A stretch of 64,000 nt of DNA from Candidatus Hydrogenedentota bacterium. GTDB taxonomy: Bacteria > Hydrogenedentota > Hydrogenedentia > Hydrogenedentales > SLHB01. Position 1 is the first letter of the stretch. The number at the start of each line of letters is the position of its first letter. Shown here piece by piece: positions 63,153 through 64,000 of the stretch. A model generated the notes under the pieces. That model saw only the letters and a program-made list of their open reading frames with translations. It did no database searches and had not been told where the DNA came from. The translations under genes were made by a program, and so were the position numbers. Location: NCBI GenBank assembly GCA_034408725.1, contig JAWXCN010000035.1:1002-65001 (forward strand), in the 5' to 3' direction.

Positions 63153-63790
63153 CGCGCCCCCACACGCCAAAGTTTTCGCGCCAATCGCAGGTACGAAATC
63201 GCCGAAATGGCCAAAACAATAGCCACAATGTCAATTCCATCCAACCCCATTATGAATGACATTGTGATTAGGTTCGACGCAATAAGCGCGGAGATCTGCA
63301 TCTTGTGGCCCGTCAGTCCCGACTGTTTTTTCACGAAGCCGAATATTGGAACGAATGCCGCCATCGATGTTACGTAGACGATGATGATAAATATATTGAT
63401 CGGACTCGACTCAATACAGGCTAGTACAACACCCAGACCAAACATTATAAAGGCTCCCCACTGGCCAAATGCGGCATGACGGGGAAGCTTTCCAATCTTT
63501 TTATTTTCCAACTCGTTGAAATTCTGCCGAACGTACCGCGCGCGGGCTGCTTCCGAACCGCCGAGCGTGTCGAATGCTTTATAAAACGCATCCGTTTCGC
63601 TGAGACCTTGTGCTTGCCAATCCGCGCAGGCCGCGTTCACGTGGTCTTCAACTTCCGCCCGGATTCGGGCCGTTGCATCTGTACAAAGATCGCGCGTAGC
63701 CGAATTCAGCCAATTTTGTACCAGCACGCACGAGGCATCCTTGGGATCCTGCCATGAACTAGCCCCGGTTTTTGAATCCGGTGTGGTCAT
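63149..63790 (-). CDS. HAAS/permease-prefix-like membrane protein, paralog 1
   Basis: WLNSATRDLCTDATARIRAEVEDH...GLSE..A..TLG; ATGA-coupled to PadR. Confidence 0.8.
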   Translation of the reverse strand: MTTPDSKTGASSWQDPKDASCVLVQNWLNSATRDLCTDATARIRAEVEDHVNAACADWQAQGLSETDAFYKAFDTLGGSEAARARYVRQNFNELENKKIGKLPRHAAFGQWGAFIMFGLGVVLACIESSPINIFIIIVYVTSMAAFVPIFGFVKKQSGLTGHKMQISALIASNLITMSFIMGLDGIDIVAIVLAISAISYLRLARKLWRVGAR

Positions 63791-64000
63791 GAAATGTTCC
63801 CAATCAAGGGTCTTAGCTGCTGCGCTGCGCCGCGTTCGCTTTCGGTATCCATTTGTTTCATGGCGTGCTTCAAGCCGCGTTCGGTCAGTTTGTAATACCT
63901 GCGCGGACGCCCCTTCACAGTCTGTTCATACGAGATGAGCAGGCCGTCATTTTCGAGTTCGTGCAGCGCGGGGTAGATGAGGGCTTCCTGGTTGTCGAGG
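63787..64000 (-). CDS. PadR-family transcriptional regulator (5' end outside the window)
   Basis: Not in the ORF track; manual translation LDNQEALIYPALHELENDGLLISYEQTVKGRPRRYYKLTERGLK...GNIS*. Confidence 0.9.
   Translation of the reverse strand, partial: LDNQEALIYPALHELENDGLLISYEQTVKGRPRRYYKLTERGLKHAMKQMDTESERGAAQQLRPLIGNIS

Noticed and set aside
59118-63790. Diversity-generating retroelement behind the paralog array
   Set aside because: No reverse transcriptase and no near-identical TR/VR pair differing at adenines; divergence spans whole genes

Overview
Chromosomal window from a GC-rich bacterium. The gene content (DUF1501, DUF1549/DUF1553, PVC-type heme-binding dehydrogenase, ceramidase-like hydrolases, GHL10-like proteins) suggests a PVC-like or Hydrogenedentes-type organism; this is inference. 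0-45 kb is mostly ordinary: secreted hydrolases, an ABC exporter, rpiB-hslU-pgeF, the rimP-nusA-infB-DUF503-rbfA-nrnA-truB-ribF operon and several envelope proteins. Two accessory regions stand out. (1) 45.6-54.7 kb is a repeat-rich island: a ~118-bp tandem array, a hairpin repeat that punctuates and brackets the cargo genes, a duplicated antitoxin with dead PemK/MazF toxins, a helicase+DUF2290 antiphage pair, a stand-alone PD-(D/E)XK nuclease candidate, a terminase-large-subunit fragment and a frameshifted HGGxSTG-type gene. (2) 59.1-64 kb is a PadR regulator followed by seven tightly coupled paralogous membrane proteins. They share an N-terminal helical HAAS/permease-prefix-like domain (W-x14-R-x3-E-x3-H) but have divergent membrane parts. 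cysK-metY-metX/metW fusion lies between the two regions. A candidate structured leader RNA sits upstream of a PTS IIA gene. No rRNA, tRNA, CRISPR array, integrase or transposase was seen. All family assignments come from motif recognition, not database searches.
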